From Lytechinus variegatus (Eukaryota), in NCBI RefSeq assembly GCF_018143015.1, contig NC_054742.1, positions 58,284,853 to 58,348,852 on the forward strand: a DNA stretch of 64,000 nt, in the 5' to 3' direction. The notes under the pieces are model-generated. The model was given only the letters and a program-made list of their open reading frames with translations. It ran no database searches and was not told where the DNA came from. Of the stretch, positions 51,593 through 64,000 are shown in pieces. Numbering within the stretch: position 1 is the stretch's first letter; the number at the start of each line of letters is the position of its first letter. A program made the position numbers and the translations under genes.

Positions 51593-52110
51593 ATTTGCAC
51601 TTTGAACAAAAAATCATTTAAGATATTTTGGTATATCTGTATTTGCCTGAATCATGTCCAGTATTCATATAATCATTAAGTCCCTTTTAGAGAATGGCAA
51701 CATAACTGTCAAATATTTCCGCTTGAATGAGCACTACTTATTTTTAAACAGTTCTGTGTTATATTAAAAAAGTGAGCTATATTTGGCCCTGTTCCTGTTT
51801 TATGTGTAGTATGGCTCCCCCCCCCCCCTTCCGCTCAGGGGGTTATCTGCACCGCATCCATGTTCCCGATTTTTCCAGAAAAGGGGAATCTTTTTTTTTG
51901 GGGGGGGGATGACAACCGCTTCAATTCACGTTCAACATAATTATTCAAGGGGAGAAAATGGCACTTGAAGGGGGAGGGTATCTTTGTGCTATAGTAGCTA
52001 CACTGGTTGAATTGAATAAATTGGGGCGGGGTATACAGCTCTTCCATAGGACCAAATCCACTACTAACTTAGTGACATTGATATTGATAGCTAAATCTAT
52101 GTTTCCTAAC

Positions 52111-52301
52111 CTTCTCATGTCGCATAGAGATGAATGAGTGGTCTCCTGCCGAGACCGAGAAGCCCAGTTCTTTGGGGTAAGGCGGTTCGGTCGGGTAATG
52201 AAACATGATCCTTAGACCTGCATCCATGGCTCCTGAGTCGAGATCATTGCTAGGGGTGTACTCCGGGATCTCGGCGTTCAGGATCAGCTGTAAACCATTG
52301 G
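52111..52301 (-). CDS. ASIC-like exon (ANGLQLILNAEIPEYTPSNDLDSGAMDAGLRIMFHYPTEPPYPKELGFSVSAGDHSFISMRHEK)
   Basis: Acceptor is ccacag|CC and donor is AAG|gttagg. It matches ASIC1 '[64 protein letters not shown]'. Confidence 0.85.
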
Positions 52302-53373
52302 CTGTGGAGATCAACATTTTTTATTTATTCATTCATTACTTATTCGGCATTTTAAAACACATTCATGTATGTATAAAATGACATATATCATCTAAGAATG
52401 AAATTGATAGGAGCAATCAACCCAGTGTGTCAGATGATGGTCAAGAAAGAGAAGAACCCCAATCACTGTAAGCTGATGTCCCTTCGCCCGACCAATCGAT
52501 GCCGCGGCAATAATGATAAAATTATGCCACAATTATAATTGAAATGACAATATAGACAAGAATGATTATACAGAATTATGACGGAAAATCCAAAATATAG
52601 CCTAGTGTATAACGCTTATGAATAAATACTAAAAAAATATAAATTGTTATATCACATTATGTCACTGCTTGCATTGGGTGCTAGCTACATATTTTTCTCT
52701 ATGAGCACCTCCATGACATTGCATTAATTACATCCTTAATCATTAATCGTTCTTATTTTAATTAGTTCAAATGAGCAAACATTCTTCGATTCATCAATCT
52801 GTTTCAACGTCTTAATGAAATGACCAAATATTTACTCCGACTGAATGATTTTCTCGTCAGTGCTGGAACGCATCTGTCCATCTGATCAAACAGTGGTAAA
52901 CGAACGTATTATATGAATAGTTTAATTTGAATATTCATTAGGAATTAATAAAGTGAAATCCTAAGGGAAAAAAATCGCAGGTTTGTTAATGTGCTTATCA
53001 AATCAGATCAAAATATATAGATGACTTTAAAAGTTGATCAATTTCGGTGGATTTTTCTTATAACTTTATCCATACATGCTTACGACAAAAAACTATAAAA
53101 TCACATACGCCTAACACAGCGCAGAGGCGTATATAAAAAAATGACTTAATATTTTTGGGGGCATAATGTTTAAAAATATATATCATATTTTACCTTCTTC
53201 TTTTATTTTCCCCTTTTTATCTTTCTTTTTCTTGTTTTTCTCTTTCTATTTTGTTTTTCTTTCCTTTTTTTTTGGGGGGGGGGTCGAGGAACGTTTGGGG
53301 GCGGGCCCCCAGGCACTCCCCTATCAGTATAGTACGCCAGTGTGATAGGGGATAATATGTCTGGGAGTTTTAC

Positions 53374-53512
53374 CTGAACCAGCTGAATATGAGTGTTTCC
53401 AGTCGACTTCATTTGAGTTTTCTCCTTGTATATTGAAGGAATAACAATTTCCAAGATGTGTTAATGAATGCTGCAGATCGGTCTCCTCGCACGGCTCCTC
53501 TTTCCACAAACA
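53374..53512 (-). CDS. ASIC-like exon (CLWKEEPCEETDLQHSLTHLGNCYSFNIQGENSNEVDWKHSYSAGS+G)
   Basis: Acceptor is tttatag|TGT and donor is TCAG|gtaaaa. It matches ASIC1 '[32 protein letters not shown]...KTMKGGTG'. Confidence 0.8.
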
Positions 53513-54154
53513 CTATAAATACAGGATAATGATATTAATACTCCTAATAATAATAATAACAACAATAACATATAATGATAATAATAATAATAATATATAT
53601 TATAACATCACATATCATAATGTAATGTAATGTAATAGATTTAATAAATATGGCTTATGATAATAAGCATTCACTGTAAAAAAAAAAATATTGGATAAAA
53701 TGACTTTAAAAGTTGATCAATTTCGGTGGATTTTTCCTATAACTGTATCCATACATGCTTACGACAAAAACTACAAAATTTTACCACCACGAGGGTAATT
53801 TTATGTCCAACCAATTTGGGGCAGTATTTTCCCATGCGGGAAGCATATTGTCTAGTAAAGAATAAGCAGCAATTACTTATAGAAAGGGCAAAATTTTCAT
53901 CACACTGGATAAATAAAAACGCCCAAAAGAAATGCTAAATGTTAGTTGGACACATATTACCCTCATGGAGCACTTTTACCCAATAACTTTTAAGAGTGTA
54001 TTAGGTCAGAATATCTCACAAAAAAAATCTTAGCACATGGAAAGCCTTGTTTTCTTTTTTTTATACCGGACAACTTTCAAAGCTCAAATCATGTTGGTTT
54101 GAACATATCAATTTTCATTGGAACAGGAGTGAGGAAAATCGTGAAGTATTTTAC

Positions 54155-54321
54155 CGAAACGATCATGTCCTCTTGTTGGTGGCCAGTTCTGATGGTGAAT
54201 TCAGTCATGTTGTAATCGGGATCCTCCTCCACGGTCGTCCAGTTGACAGAATTGATGAAGTCTTTGAACTCATCCGTATAAAGATCGGGCAGAAGAAGAT
54301 TATAATCTTCATCTACGATAC
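54155..54321 (-). CDS. ASIC-like exon (SIVDEDYNLLLPDLYTDEFKDFINSVNWTTVEEDPDYNMTEFTIRTGHQQEDMIVS)
   Basis: Acceptor is ttacag|GT and donor is TCG|gtaaaa. It matches ASIC1 '[23 protein letters not shown]'. Confidence 0.75.
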
Positions 54322-55723
54322 CTGTAACAAATAATAATGATTACACCATCATATTTCATTGGCTCAAATGTGGCAAAATGTGCATGCCAATTGGAATATC
54401 GATGACCTTCTAATCTGAGATATCAAACATACGACTTTTGTGAAAGTTTGATCGGATCAAGAAGCTCGGGAATTATTAATAATAAGTTATAAGGAATAAG
54501 ATAGGGAAGAAGATTCCACAACTCTCAAAAGATGATCTACCGGAATGTTTTTCTTCCTTGTTTCAAAGAAACAACCTCATCCATTCTTACCCTACCCGCC
54601 AAAGGGACTCATTTCACCTTCCACGTACTCGTACGTTATTTGCTCAAAGAACAATTGTATTCAAAGGACCAAGGCTTTGGAATAATCTTCCAAGCGAAAT
54701 AACTAGCTGTTTATCTCTAAACTTGTATGTTTAAATGTAAACTGAAATCGTTTCTTTTGTCCAGTTATGGACACCGTTAAGACGCACTGGATGAATAATG
54801 TATTTGATTTGTACCATTTTAAAGGTATAATGTGGTATAGTTTTTTATTCATTTATTTTTTTCATTCTTCGCTCACCCCCCTCCTATATTTCACATTGTC
54901 CACTTTTCCTCTAATTCTTTACCCCTTGATTTTGCGCTAATGTTTGGCTTTTCCTTTGTAGTCTAATTCTTCTTTAGTGTCCGATCTCCTTACGTACTTC
55001 ATAATTACTTTAAGAAACCTGTAGACACTACAAGCTCTGCTTTTCATGCAGGTTCCTTCATATTTCACTTGCTGCCATTATCTTTGTACTTTCTATGAAA
55101 CCAAATGTATTTCTTGTATTATGTTATTATTTTATTATCTTGTGAAGTATGAAAATAAATTCAATTCAATTCAAATGAAATACTGTCCGACGTCGACGAC
55201 CCGCTCACGGCCGTTCTATATGATTATGTACATAACCACCCGGAAATTAGAGAATAGTAAAGTGCCACAATGGCCCTTTTTAAATGTTTTACTTTCTCTA
55301 TACCTTTGATTTGATTTTTGGACGAAAATGTCAATTGTTATTTATGCCTATTTTTTTCTTTTCATTCTGTTCGATCGTTTGGATATAACTGACTTTAACG
55401 TGATCGGAAATAAGTTCACATAATTTCATTCCCTTCATTGAAACATATAAACACAATAGATAATAACAATGGTCGCTACCACGTAAGACAAAAACAAATA
55501 AGCAAAACAAAACACAAGAGGTGAAAAGAGGAAAGTTCAGCTGAATCAGATATTAATTTCTTATCTGGATAGTACGGCTTTTTTCCATATTGTACAATGT
55601 TTTTTTTGTGATCGACATTGTTTAACTAAAATAAAACTAGGTATCCGATCGATCGGTCGATCGATCAGGATTTTTTTATTAGGGCCTATTTCGGATCCAG
55701 CATGCGTATAAATTCGTCAATAC

Positions 55724-55753
55724 TTTCAAGGCTCCTCATCACTATAAAGTTTC
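55724..55753 (-). CDS. ASIC-like micro-exon (GNFIVMRSLE)
   Basis: On the minus strand the acceptor is ctacaag|GA and the donor is GAAA|gtattg. It carries phase 1 across, which is exactly what joins exon 1 to the next exon in frame. Confidence 0.5.
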
Positions 55754-56301
55754 CTTGTAGGCTTATAACAAGTTGCATAACGCAAACAATAATAATGATA
55801 TCGTTGACTCTAAGCGAAATCCAGAAGCAATTTAATTTCCATTTGGAAGTGTTTGGCATCTGGTGCATTTGGTACTGATTTGAACTCTTACTAATTTGCA
55901 CTTTACTAGGGCAAATAAAGTATATTTTAAATAAGAGAGACTTACTATTTCCAGCAACAAAGTTAAATCAAATTAAGCAACTCATAAGAGTACGTTTGAT
56001 AATATATTCATATCCAATATATTAAAATCATATTTATGTAGCTTATGAATTCATACTCTAATATCTGATCCGTATTCCATGACAATGCTCATACCTTCTT
56101 CTCTTTGGAGAAGCATGGTTATGTAAACTTCTGTCATACAATTATACATAGGCCTATAATTTGACGTCATCTTATTTTACATTGTCTAATTCAGTTATTA
56201 AAGTAGATAGGCCCTATCAACAATATGACTTAGAGTTTAAGTTTAATTCAATTGTTACATTGGTTGAGGAGAAAATGATATAAGTGAACATCTGAACATA
56301 C

Positions 56302-56644
56302 CAAGGTGGACGCCGACATTTTTAATATCCTCTTCTGTAAGCGCCGATTCTCTGTATTTGTTGATATTACAGACAGTAATGGCTGGAAACTCCACTTCAG
56401 TCGTGTAGTAGACGTCAACTTGGGTGACATGGTTAAAAGAAATATATCCCTTTATAACAAGGTAGCATTCAAAAATACAGAAACCAAGTGCAGTTAAGAA
56501 GAGGCACAGCCAGATGAGACGTCGGAATGTGTTTCCAGATCCTGCTATGTGTTTGAGACCATGTAGATCGGAAGTGTCCGCGGCCCATCGACGAAGGTGG
56601 CATCTTCCAGGTCGGCATCCCATCTTCAGTTGGGATGTGATCAA
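56302..56644 (-). CDS. ASIC-like exon 1 (MITSQLKMGCRPGRCHLRRWAADTSDLHGLKHIAGSGNTFRRLIWLCLFLTALGFCIFECYLVIKGYISFNHVTQVDVYYTTEVEFPAITVCNINKYRESALTEEDIKNVGVHL)
   Basis: It matches ASIC1 'FASSSTLHGLAHIF...RALWALCFLGSLAVL...YYFHYHHVTKLDEV...FPAVTLCNLNEFR'. The donor on the minus strand is CTTG|gtatgt (phase 1). Confidence 0.8.
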
Positions 56645-58252
56645 ATCTCACCAAAGTCCTCCTTTATCCTTTATTTTGTTTTTCACACACCAAAATAAAT
56701 TTATACCCGCAAACAATTAGCACAATAGAAGATAAAATCTCTCCTATAGTACCACAATCAAACCAGTTTTGATAGAGACGTTGTCACGTTCAGTCCATTT
56801 TTCAGAAACTTTCACCTTTTCGCTGGCATAGATGATGAAATGAAAGTAAAGGAGTATCGGAGGCCTATAACTTGTGATATGGCTACATTGATTGCACAAT
56901 ATGAGTTTTGCAGAGAGGGCTTTTTTGCCCCTGTGTACCATATACGGATCGATATGCTCTGTGGTAACAGGTTCCGCACGTCCCGGTGTTTTTATCTGAA
57001 TCCTTAAAACCTACATGGGATCGATAAGGGCTTATTGTCACAAAGCACTGGGGGAAAGATGGGATGGGCTTCTTATCAATTACAGAGACGGCGAACAATG
57101 GTAATTGCGTCTATATATAATGTATAGGCCCTTTAGTGTGGTATGGAGGTAAGTGACTAAATTTCTCTCGCAAGATCAAAAAGTTGAAACGAAAATGTTG
57201 TCTCACTATGGGTTGAAGGCCCTTTCTTGACCCAAAACGTACGAGATAGTGAGAAAAGTCAAACAGAGAGAAAATACATCTACACAATAATAGACAATTA
57301 ATAGAGCCGTGTTTGCATGTTTGTTTTGTACTTCGTGTTTCATAATGAAGTTGCCCATATCGGCAAAAGCATGCATGCGCGCTTGCTTGCAAGTTGATTG
57401 AGTTAACTTTGAACATTGATTATTTTATTTATTGCCTAAACTTTACTGAAAAAGTACAGGCCTAAAGTTTTGAGCTACCCTCATATCTAAAATAAAACCA
57501 TACATGACACTGCATTCTCCATTCATTCAAAATGTATGTACTGATACTAATTAGGAAATGGCAGTTCCATTCCAACCGGTTTTGATTACACTTTTGTGAA
57601 ACCCAGTCTGTTTTCATAATCACATATTTTCAAATTTTATGCATACCTTTAAACAAGGTTCAAGGTTTATTCATATCAACATTTCACATTTTCAACAAAA
57701 TCAGCAACTCAGTAAAAATAATGATATTATACAATACAAATTGTCATAGATAAGCATAAATAAATATCGTAAAATATGACATGTGTACTTAATAAAACAA
57801 TAGAAAAAAAGTACTACAATGTATTTTTGTAATTGGTTGTAATATATTGACAAAGAAAGAAAATGAGAGGTGTGGATATGAGGAACCAAAGGTAAAAGCA
57901 GAGCTTGTTGGTTAAAGGCTCCAAAGAATATGCAGTGAGAGTCCCATAAACTTTAAAGGTGTATACATCAAATTTGAATATATTTAATGCAAACGTTGTT
58001 TTTTACAACCTAAAAGTGTGTCCCAGGCTTGTCTGACATAGCAACAAATAATACATGCAAACTGTCTTCTAACAGAAGATGTTTCAATCTATTTAAACCA
58101 AAGTCTGTTGTTTCTTTTACTGTTAATGTGGCCAGTAATGATATCATACATAAGCAAGATAAATTAATTTCGCCTTTTAAAGAAAATCATATCGACCATA
58201 TATTTATAACAGGAAAGGTTTATAAATTAAGGCTGATAAATTTGGAGATGAT

Positions 58253-59258
58253 ACCCCCCATGCTATACAGTGCGTATCAAAAAAAAGTTACACTTTGAAA
58301 AAGCCCTGGGAATTAAAAATATACAACAATGTGGGTAATTTTTTTCACATATAATCTTGGGTTTGGGTCTCATCTATCCAATGAAAGTAAAAGTTTTGTC
58401 AGAATGTTACACTTGAGTGAGCACTGTCCATTTTTGTAAAGCTCGCAGAAATCAGTTTGCGCAGAAATGCTCGTTTTCACGCTGTGTTAAGTGGAAACAG
58501 TGAAATCAAACTTACCCTGCGAAACATTTCTCATACATTTCCCTTGCACTTTTAGTCAGTTGAAATAAGATGGATACATTCAAGCATTTTGTAACGATTT
58601 TGCCACCCAAATTGAAATTTCAACACTTAGTAAGCACAACCTTTACCCTTTTTGTGCCAGCTGGATCTGAGGACATAACTGAATATGAACAAAAGTTTAT
58701 ATCAGACATCTCCAGCATTATTTCACTAAATTTTTACCATTGAAAGTGGGTTTACATTTCATTTTTCATTTAATACTTTTTTCTCCACACTTTTCCCAAG
58801 CTTGGCAGCGATTAACAAAATGAAAATCAAGCTTAAGCCATTCCATGTAAATCACAGCTCGGTGTAAAGCAAATATCGTCACGAAGGCCTCGGTATGTGG
58901 GGGAGAGGGGTGGGGTGAAATGCTCTCTTTAAAGCGTTTTGGGCAAGGAAACAAGTCAAAAAAGGTAAAAGATATCTTCAAATCAAATCTAATAGCTGAA
59001 TTATACATGTTCTTCATGATTAAGGTCTACTTTTATTCGCATAACTATTTCAAAGTTCTGCGCAAATCATTTTTCACTAACTTTTCAAAAGTAAGTGGTG
59101 CTCACTCAAGCGGAAATATTTTTCTACATTTATATCGTCATTTGATTAAATGGATCTGTACCAATGTTAAAATGTGGAAAAATCTTCAGGATATTACAAA
59201 TGTTTAATTTTATAGGATTTTTTCAAAGTGTAAACTTTTTTTTGATACGCACTGTAGT
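58253..59258. mobile_element. Tc1/mariner-like non-autonomous element (~1 kb). Its inverted termini are CAGTGCGTATCAAAAAAAAGTTACACTTTG, and a TA target-site duplication is present.
   Basis: TA|CAGTGCGTATC...GATACGCACTG|TA. CAGTG termini flanked by TA are a Tc1 hallmark. Confidence 0.65.
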
Positions 59259-59336
59259 TTTAGGAGAAGAAGAAGAAGCCAGAGAAAGAGACGAAGAAGA
59301 AGAAGAAGCAGAAAGAAGAAAGAATTCGTACTCAAT
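59236..59336. repeat. (GAA)n / (GAAGAA)n microsatellite
   Basis: Read directly. Confidence 0.85.
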
Positions 59337-61989
59337 ATTATCATAATGCATATATATGTTTTATGTATTGGGCAACATTATTTTTGCAGCCCCATTCTTC
59401 AGTCTTCGTTCTTTCGTCTCCTAGTTCATGTTATCGATTAGTCATCATACTCTATTGATATTATTGACAGGGGCGTCTATCCATCTTTCAGATGGGGGGG
59501 GGCAAAATCATGAATCAATTTTCCAAAGGCGCTCGATTACACAAGACAAACAAACTCACCCACACACACCCTCACACACACACGTAGTTCTATATTTATG
59601 CGTGTGTATATATATACACAACAAAAAAAGTAAGTCCCCCCTAAATCAAATTGCTGTAATTTTTGAACGGAATCAATTTGGGATATGATATTTCGTAGGT
59701 GGTTTTCTACACTCATTAGGCAACTCCTGGGGAAAAAATGAGATTGATCGGTTGAGTCATGCTTGAGTGATAAAAGATTGAATTAAAAATGACCATTTTT
59801 GAAAGTCACAAGAGTCGTTTTTCAGATTGTGCAAATACAAAGTTGGGCAAAAATTGTTTGGGGGGAATTCTATGTTGTTAATGCTGTTTTACTATCCATC
59901 ATTTAGCCACTCCACACACAATTTTGATATCGTATGTTCATGGTTGAGTGAGCACAATATTGCAGGGGCCGCGAAAGCAGGGTTGGGATGGGGCCCCCCA
60001 CTTTTTTCCCAAAGCATGTACAAAAATGTAAGAATGACCATATACGATTGTGATTTTTGCATGGTCAGCCCCCACACACCATGTATTGTATTGTGACGTA
60101 TCTTATAGGGTTTTTTTGGTAGTATTCTCTACAACTTGTCAGGTCACATTAAACTTTGAAAATGTTGGTGGCTCCACCGATTATAGGCCCCTCCCCAATT
60201 TTTAAATTCTGGATCCACCACTAATTCGTCAATAAATAAAAGTGATCATCAGAAATTGTTAGGAAAGGAATACATTTATGCAGTATAAAGAGTACTCATT
60301 CTAAGTTTTCGAATGTGCTCGCTCAACCATGAAAATGTTATAAGTTCGGAAAGAGTGTGGTGATAGAATGATGAATGATAAAAACAACAGCAATTAAAGT
60401 CACATTTGAAACCGAATTTGCCCCCATTATTGACCTTATTACCCTTTAAAATGAGTTTGTGACATTGAAAATACCAATTCTCCCACTTTGATGCGTGCTC
60501 ACTCATCCATAAATAAACAAATCGATTTCATTTTTGCACAGAATTCTGCTCATAGGTTGATAAACATTACTGCCAAATGACATTGCTAAAGACAGCCTTG
60601 AAAAAAGTTCCACCATATTGAATAAGGGGTTACTTATTCTTAAACATATGCACCCATAATGTACACAAGTCTATGAGAGAGGAAGCCAACATTTTAACAA
60701 ATATGAAATGAGGGTTTGTTTCATGGACGGTTTCTGTTACTTCTACCAACAGTTATTTCATGAAACTTCGCACATGGCTTCAGAGTGACACTATCCAAAA
60801 GGCGCGCACACCAAAATAACAATTCGATACGGCACAGAGTGGGGCCAAGGCCTTGAACTTTCTTCTCATTTGCATAATTTTCGAATATTGTGTGCTCACT
60901 GATGCATTAAACATCGGGATTTTCATAAAAATCAAATCAAATGAACCATGCAAGGAGGTTTGTAACAGATATCTATAGTTACAAATTGTATTTTTTTTCC
61001 AATAACGTAAAACATGTTCATTCAAGCGTGAATGTTTAATTAAACGCCTTTGAATCGTTGAAACATGTTAATTTTTCATGAACATAACAAAAAAGTTGAT
61101 AAAAGATCAGTTTCAGTTACCAAAATGAAACAATACTTGCCTATGATATTTGAAAATCGTATTTTTTGTTTTCAATAAATGTTCATTGAACCGTGAAACG
61201 ATGAATATTGTTGAAAATACTCTTCCCAAAAATAACTGTCACCATATTCTATCATTTTTATTGATAAAAATGTGTAAAAAATCCAATTATAACAAATTTG
61301 GATTTGTGTTTATTCAACCGTGAAATTTAGCTAAAAAAGGGGTATCGTCTTTTAGAAAGTACCTTTTACAAGCCTTCTGACTATTTTTCATGATGAGAAT
61401 GTGGAATCAGTTCCAATAAAATGGAATTAAATTCATGATATTTGGCTTGTGACTTTTGAAAAGTGACATTTTTGCCTTTTGACGGTGCTCACTGAAGCAT
61501 GGCGTAGAATACGTCCATAACATTTACTCAGAGGTTAGCTTATAAAATTACCTACACGCTCATGTAAAAATATATCAAAAACTCGAATTGGTTCGGAAAT
61601 TATTGATGTTTGTTCAAGGGGGCTTACTTTTATTTTGTTGTGTATATATAACACATGAGAAAGACTGGGCGCTGCGGCGTGCGCCTATCTAAGCTATGTG
61701 GGAAATTACAAATTGATACAGAGGTTCGAAGTTCGAGCCCTGGTCACGACTTTTGGATGGTGACGTTAAAGGTCGGTCCAATACGTTGATAATCATATCT
61801 GATTGATACACGTCTGGAAAAATTCAAATACACACATTATGAGAAAGAGAAAAATATCTCACAAACAAAGCTCGAATTGAATTTTTTTAATATACTGACC
61901 TGAAAACAGGAAAAAGATATAGTCCAGGATAGAAGAGGCGTAACCTTGTTTTTTTATATATACAATATTTTTTGATGGTTTCTTGTCAA

Positions 61990-63230
61990 TTCGAGGGTGC
62001 TGATTACGAATCTGAATGATGCCACTCGTGTAACCTTGAGCATTTTCCGCAAATTGGCAAAATCCAATATGGCCGCCAAAATATGCAAATTACCCATGAA
62101 AATCCTAAAATTGTCCGCACATTAGCTACGAAATGCATGAAATTGTGTGGCAGGAGTGAGATACTCTCTGAAAAAATAATTTTTGACAAAATATTTATTT
62201 TCCTCATATTCAAAATGGCCGCCATAGTCCATTGTATACTCTATTATGTACAATATGAATAGGGAAAACTAATTTTCACAAAAATGAGCAATAAACCGCA
62301 AAAAATCGCGATGTATGAACGAAGTGATATATGAAAATCATTATTACTAACGAGATATATCATTTATTATGTCATAAATGGGAACATTTTTGTATTTTGA
62401 TATCTAAAATGGCCGCCACTGGCCCAAACAGTAGGCCTATTGCGTACAATGGCAATGGGGCCAAAAAAATTAACAAGAGTGATCACTAAAATGCATATTA
62501 TTAAGATTAAACGAGTGGAATACTGACTAAAAACATAATTGTTAACGAAATATATCATTAATATGCCATGTATGTGATGAATGCTGCATTTTGATATCCA
62601 AAATGGCTGCCAAAGGCCCTAAAAGTATTATGCACAATGGGAAAGAGCGGCAAAGAAATCACAAGAATGATCACTAAAATGCATATGTAAATGTGATGAA
62701 TTAATGGGATACTGTTTAAAAACATATTTTCTAACGAAATATATCATTCAGGTTTAAAGTGTGTGTTAAATACTGTAGTTTTACTTTCCAAATGGCCGCC
62801 ATAGACATTAACAGTATTATGCACAATGCAAAGTGGGAAACCAATATGATTACCATAAATGCAAGTATTAATTAGTGATCTATGAGTAAAATATTGTCTG
62901 AAAGCATAATTTCTATTAAGGTAGATCATTTTATCTGCCAGTTAGGTGATAAATACTGTTATTGGAAAGTCAAAATGGCCGCTACATGCCCTTATGATAT
63001 TATGCACAATGTGAATGAAAACAAATTATTTCAACAGAATCCGGCTTTGCTTAGCCAAATGGTGATGTATGAGTGAAATATCGTCTGAAAACATGATTTA
63101 TAACAAAATATATCATCTCTTATGTAATTGAGGTGATAAATATTGTATTTCAACAATCAAAATGGCTGCCAGTGGCATAAAGAGTATTATGTACAATGGC
63201 GATCGCCTCCCCCCCCCTCTCGATCAGCGC
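61990..63230. repeat. ~185-bp satellite (about seven units) with a conserved CAAAATGGCCGCCA core
   Basis: AAAATGGC[CT]GCC recurs every ~180-190 bp. The array ends at GGCGATCGCCTCCCCCCCCC. Confidence 0.8.
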
Positions 63231-64000
63231 CTCTGATAATTGATATCATAACATAAATATATTGCAACATAAGCCATTACCTTAAAATCCAGAAAAATAG
63301 GGAAAATTGGGGTTAGTTGGAACGCGGGTAATTAGTTTACTCAATGTAATTTTCTTTATATTTATGCACTACTGCTCTAAATTTATTGCCATTATCAACA
63401 GCCATCCACCATATATCACAGACAACACATGCAACAAGCCTGGTGAAGTTAGAAAGGATTTTTTTTCACCTTCTGAGTAATTTTTTTCTCTTTCAGAAAT
63501 GTTTTATTATCTCATGCAGAGAAGTTTATAGATCAGTCAAGTTGGCCAGTTTGGGGTATAATATAGACACTCGTACCAAGCCACAAATGAGGTTATTAAA
63601 GTTCAAGTCCACCCCAGGAAAATGCCGACTTGAATAAATAGAGAAAAATCAAATGAGCATAGTGCTGAAAATTTCATCAAAATCGGATATAAATAAGAAA
63701 GTTATGTCATTTTCAAGCTTCGCTTATTTTTCACAAAACAGTGATATGCACAACAAAGTGAGTCAGTTGATGATGTCCATCACCCTTTTTTTTGTTTCAT
63801 TGTTTGAATTATACAGTATTTCATTTTTTTTTATAGATTTGACAATAAGGACCAACTTGACTGAACCATATAGTATTAAACAATGCTAATTCCACATGTT
63901 CAGGGAGGAATTGATTTGATGTATCACTTGACAATGAGGAGAAAATTAGAACATTTCATATTAAAATACAAAAGAAATAGTGGGTGGGTGACATTATAGT

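Larger units (their letters stand above)
51253..56644 (-). other. Span of the N-terminal and extracellular exons of an ASIC/ENaC/degenerin-family cation-channel gene. The 3' exons were not identified.
   Basis: Six minus-strand exons with consistent phases and GT-AG borders. In order, their translations recall ASIC1 TM1, the finger/palm region and the Cys-rich region. Confidence 0.8.

Noticed and set aside
61640-61760. A possible tRNA-like or SINE fragment (GAGGTTCGAAGTTCGAGCCCTGG)
   Set aside because: Only a partial B-box-like motif is present. There is no A box and no stem structure.

Overview
This is a eukaryotic (metazoan) genomic window, not prokaryotic. It is AT-rich, has multi-exon genes with canonical GT-AG introns, and is dense in satellites, MITEs and tRNA-derived SINEs. 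On sequence style alone I would guess a marine invertebrate, possibly echinoderm-like.

Two protein-coding genes can be supported from the sequence:

- **PARP4-like gene, + strand, about 20.4-43.46 kb.** Roughly 26 exons encode, in order, a PARP regulatory/catalytic region, a VIT domain, a vWA domain, a long disordered proline-rich exon, and a C-terminal region resembling the MVP-interacting tail. Exon borders and reading phases were traced by hand and agree from 23491 onward. The match to PARP4 is from recalled sequence, not a database search.
- **ASIC/ENaC/degenerin-family channel gene, - strand.** Six N-terminal and extracellular-domain exons lie at 56644 down to 51253. The 3' exons (Cys-rich region, TM2) could not be located. 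The two genes are convergent.

The first 13.9 kb is a nested transposon and satellite landscape:

- Four clustered copies of a composite element with a head, five to six ~170-bp tandem units, and a tail that is the inverted complement of the head.
- A piggyBac-like MITE (TTAA / CCC...GGG ends) in two inverted copies. The second copy is interrupted by an hAT-like MITE (8-bp TSD) and by one of the composite elements.
- Several arrays of a 'CCAAGATGGC' satellite.

Further along:

- A ~2.9-kb foldback/palindromic element at 14.67-17.55 kb.
- A 'CGAAAT'-palindrome satellite at 18.9-19.9 kb.
- Intronic MITEs, tRNA-derived SINEs, microsatellites and minisatellites.
- A Tc1-like MITE with TA duplications at 58.25-59.26 kb.
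- A 185-bp 'AAAATGGCCGCC' satellite at 62.0-63.2 kb.

Two oddities inside PARP4 coding sequence stand out. One is an (ACAAAC)n-derived His-Lys repeat. The other is an internal tandem duplication whose first copy carries a 1-nt C-homopolymer indel that shifts the reading frame.

All coordinates are hand-derived and approximate (about +/-3 bp).
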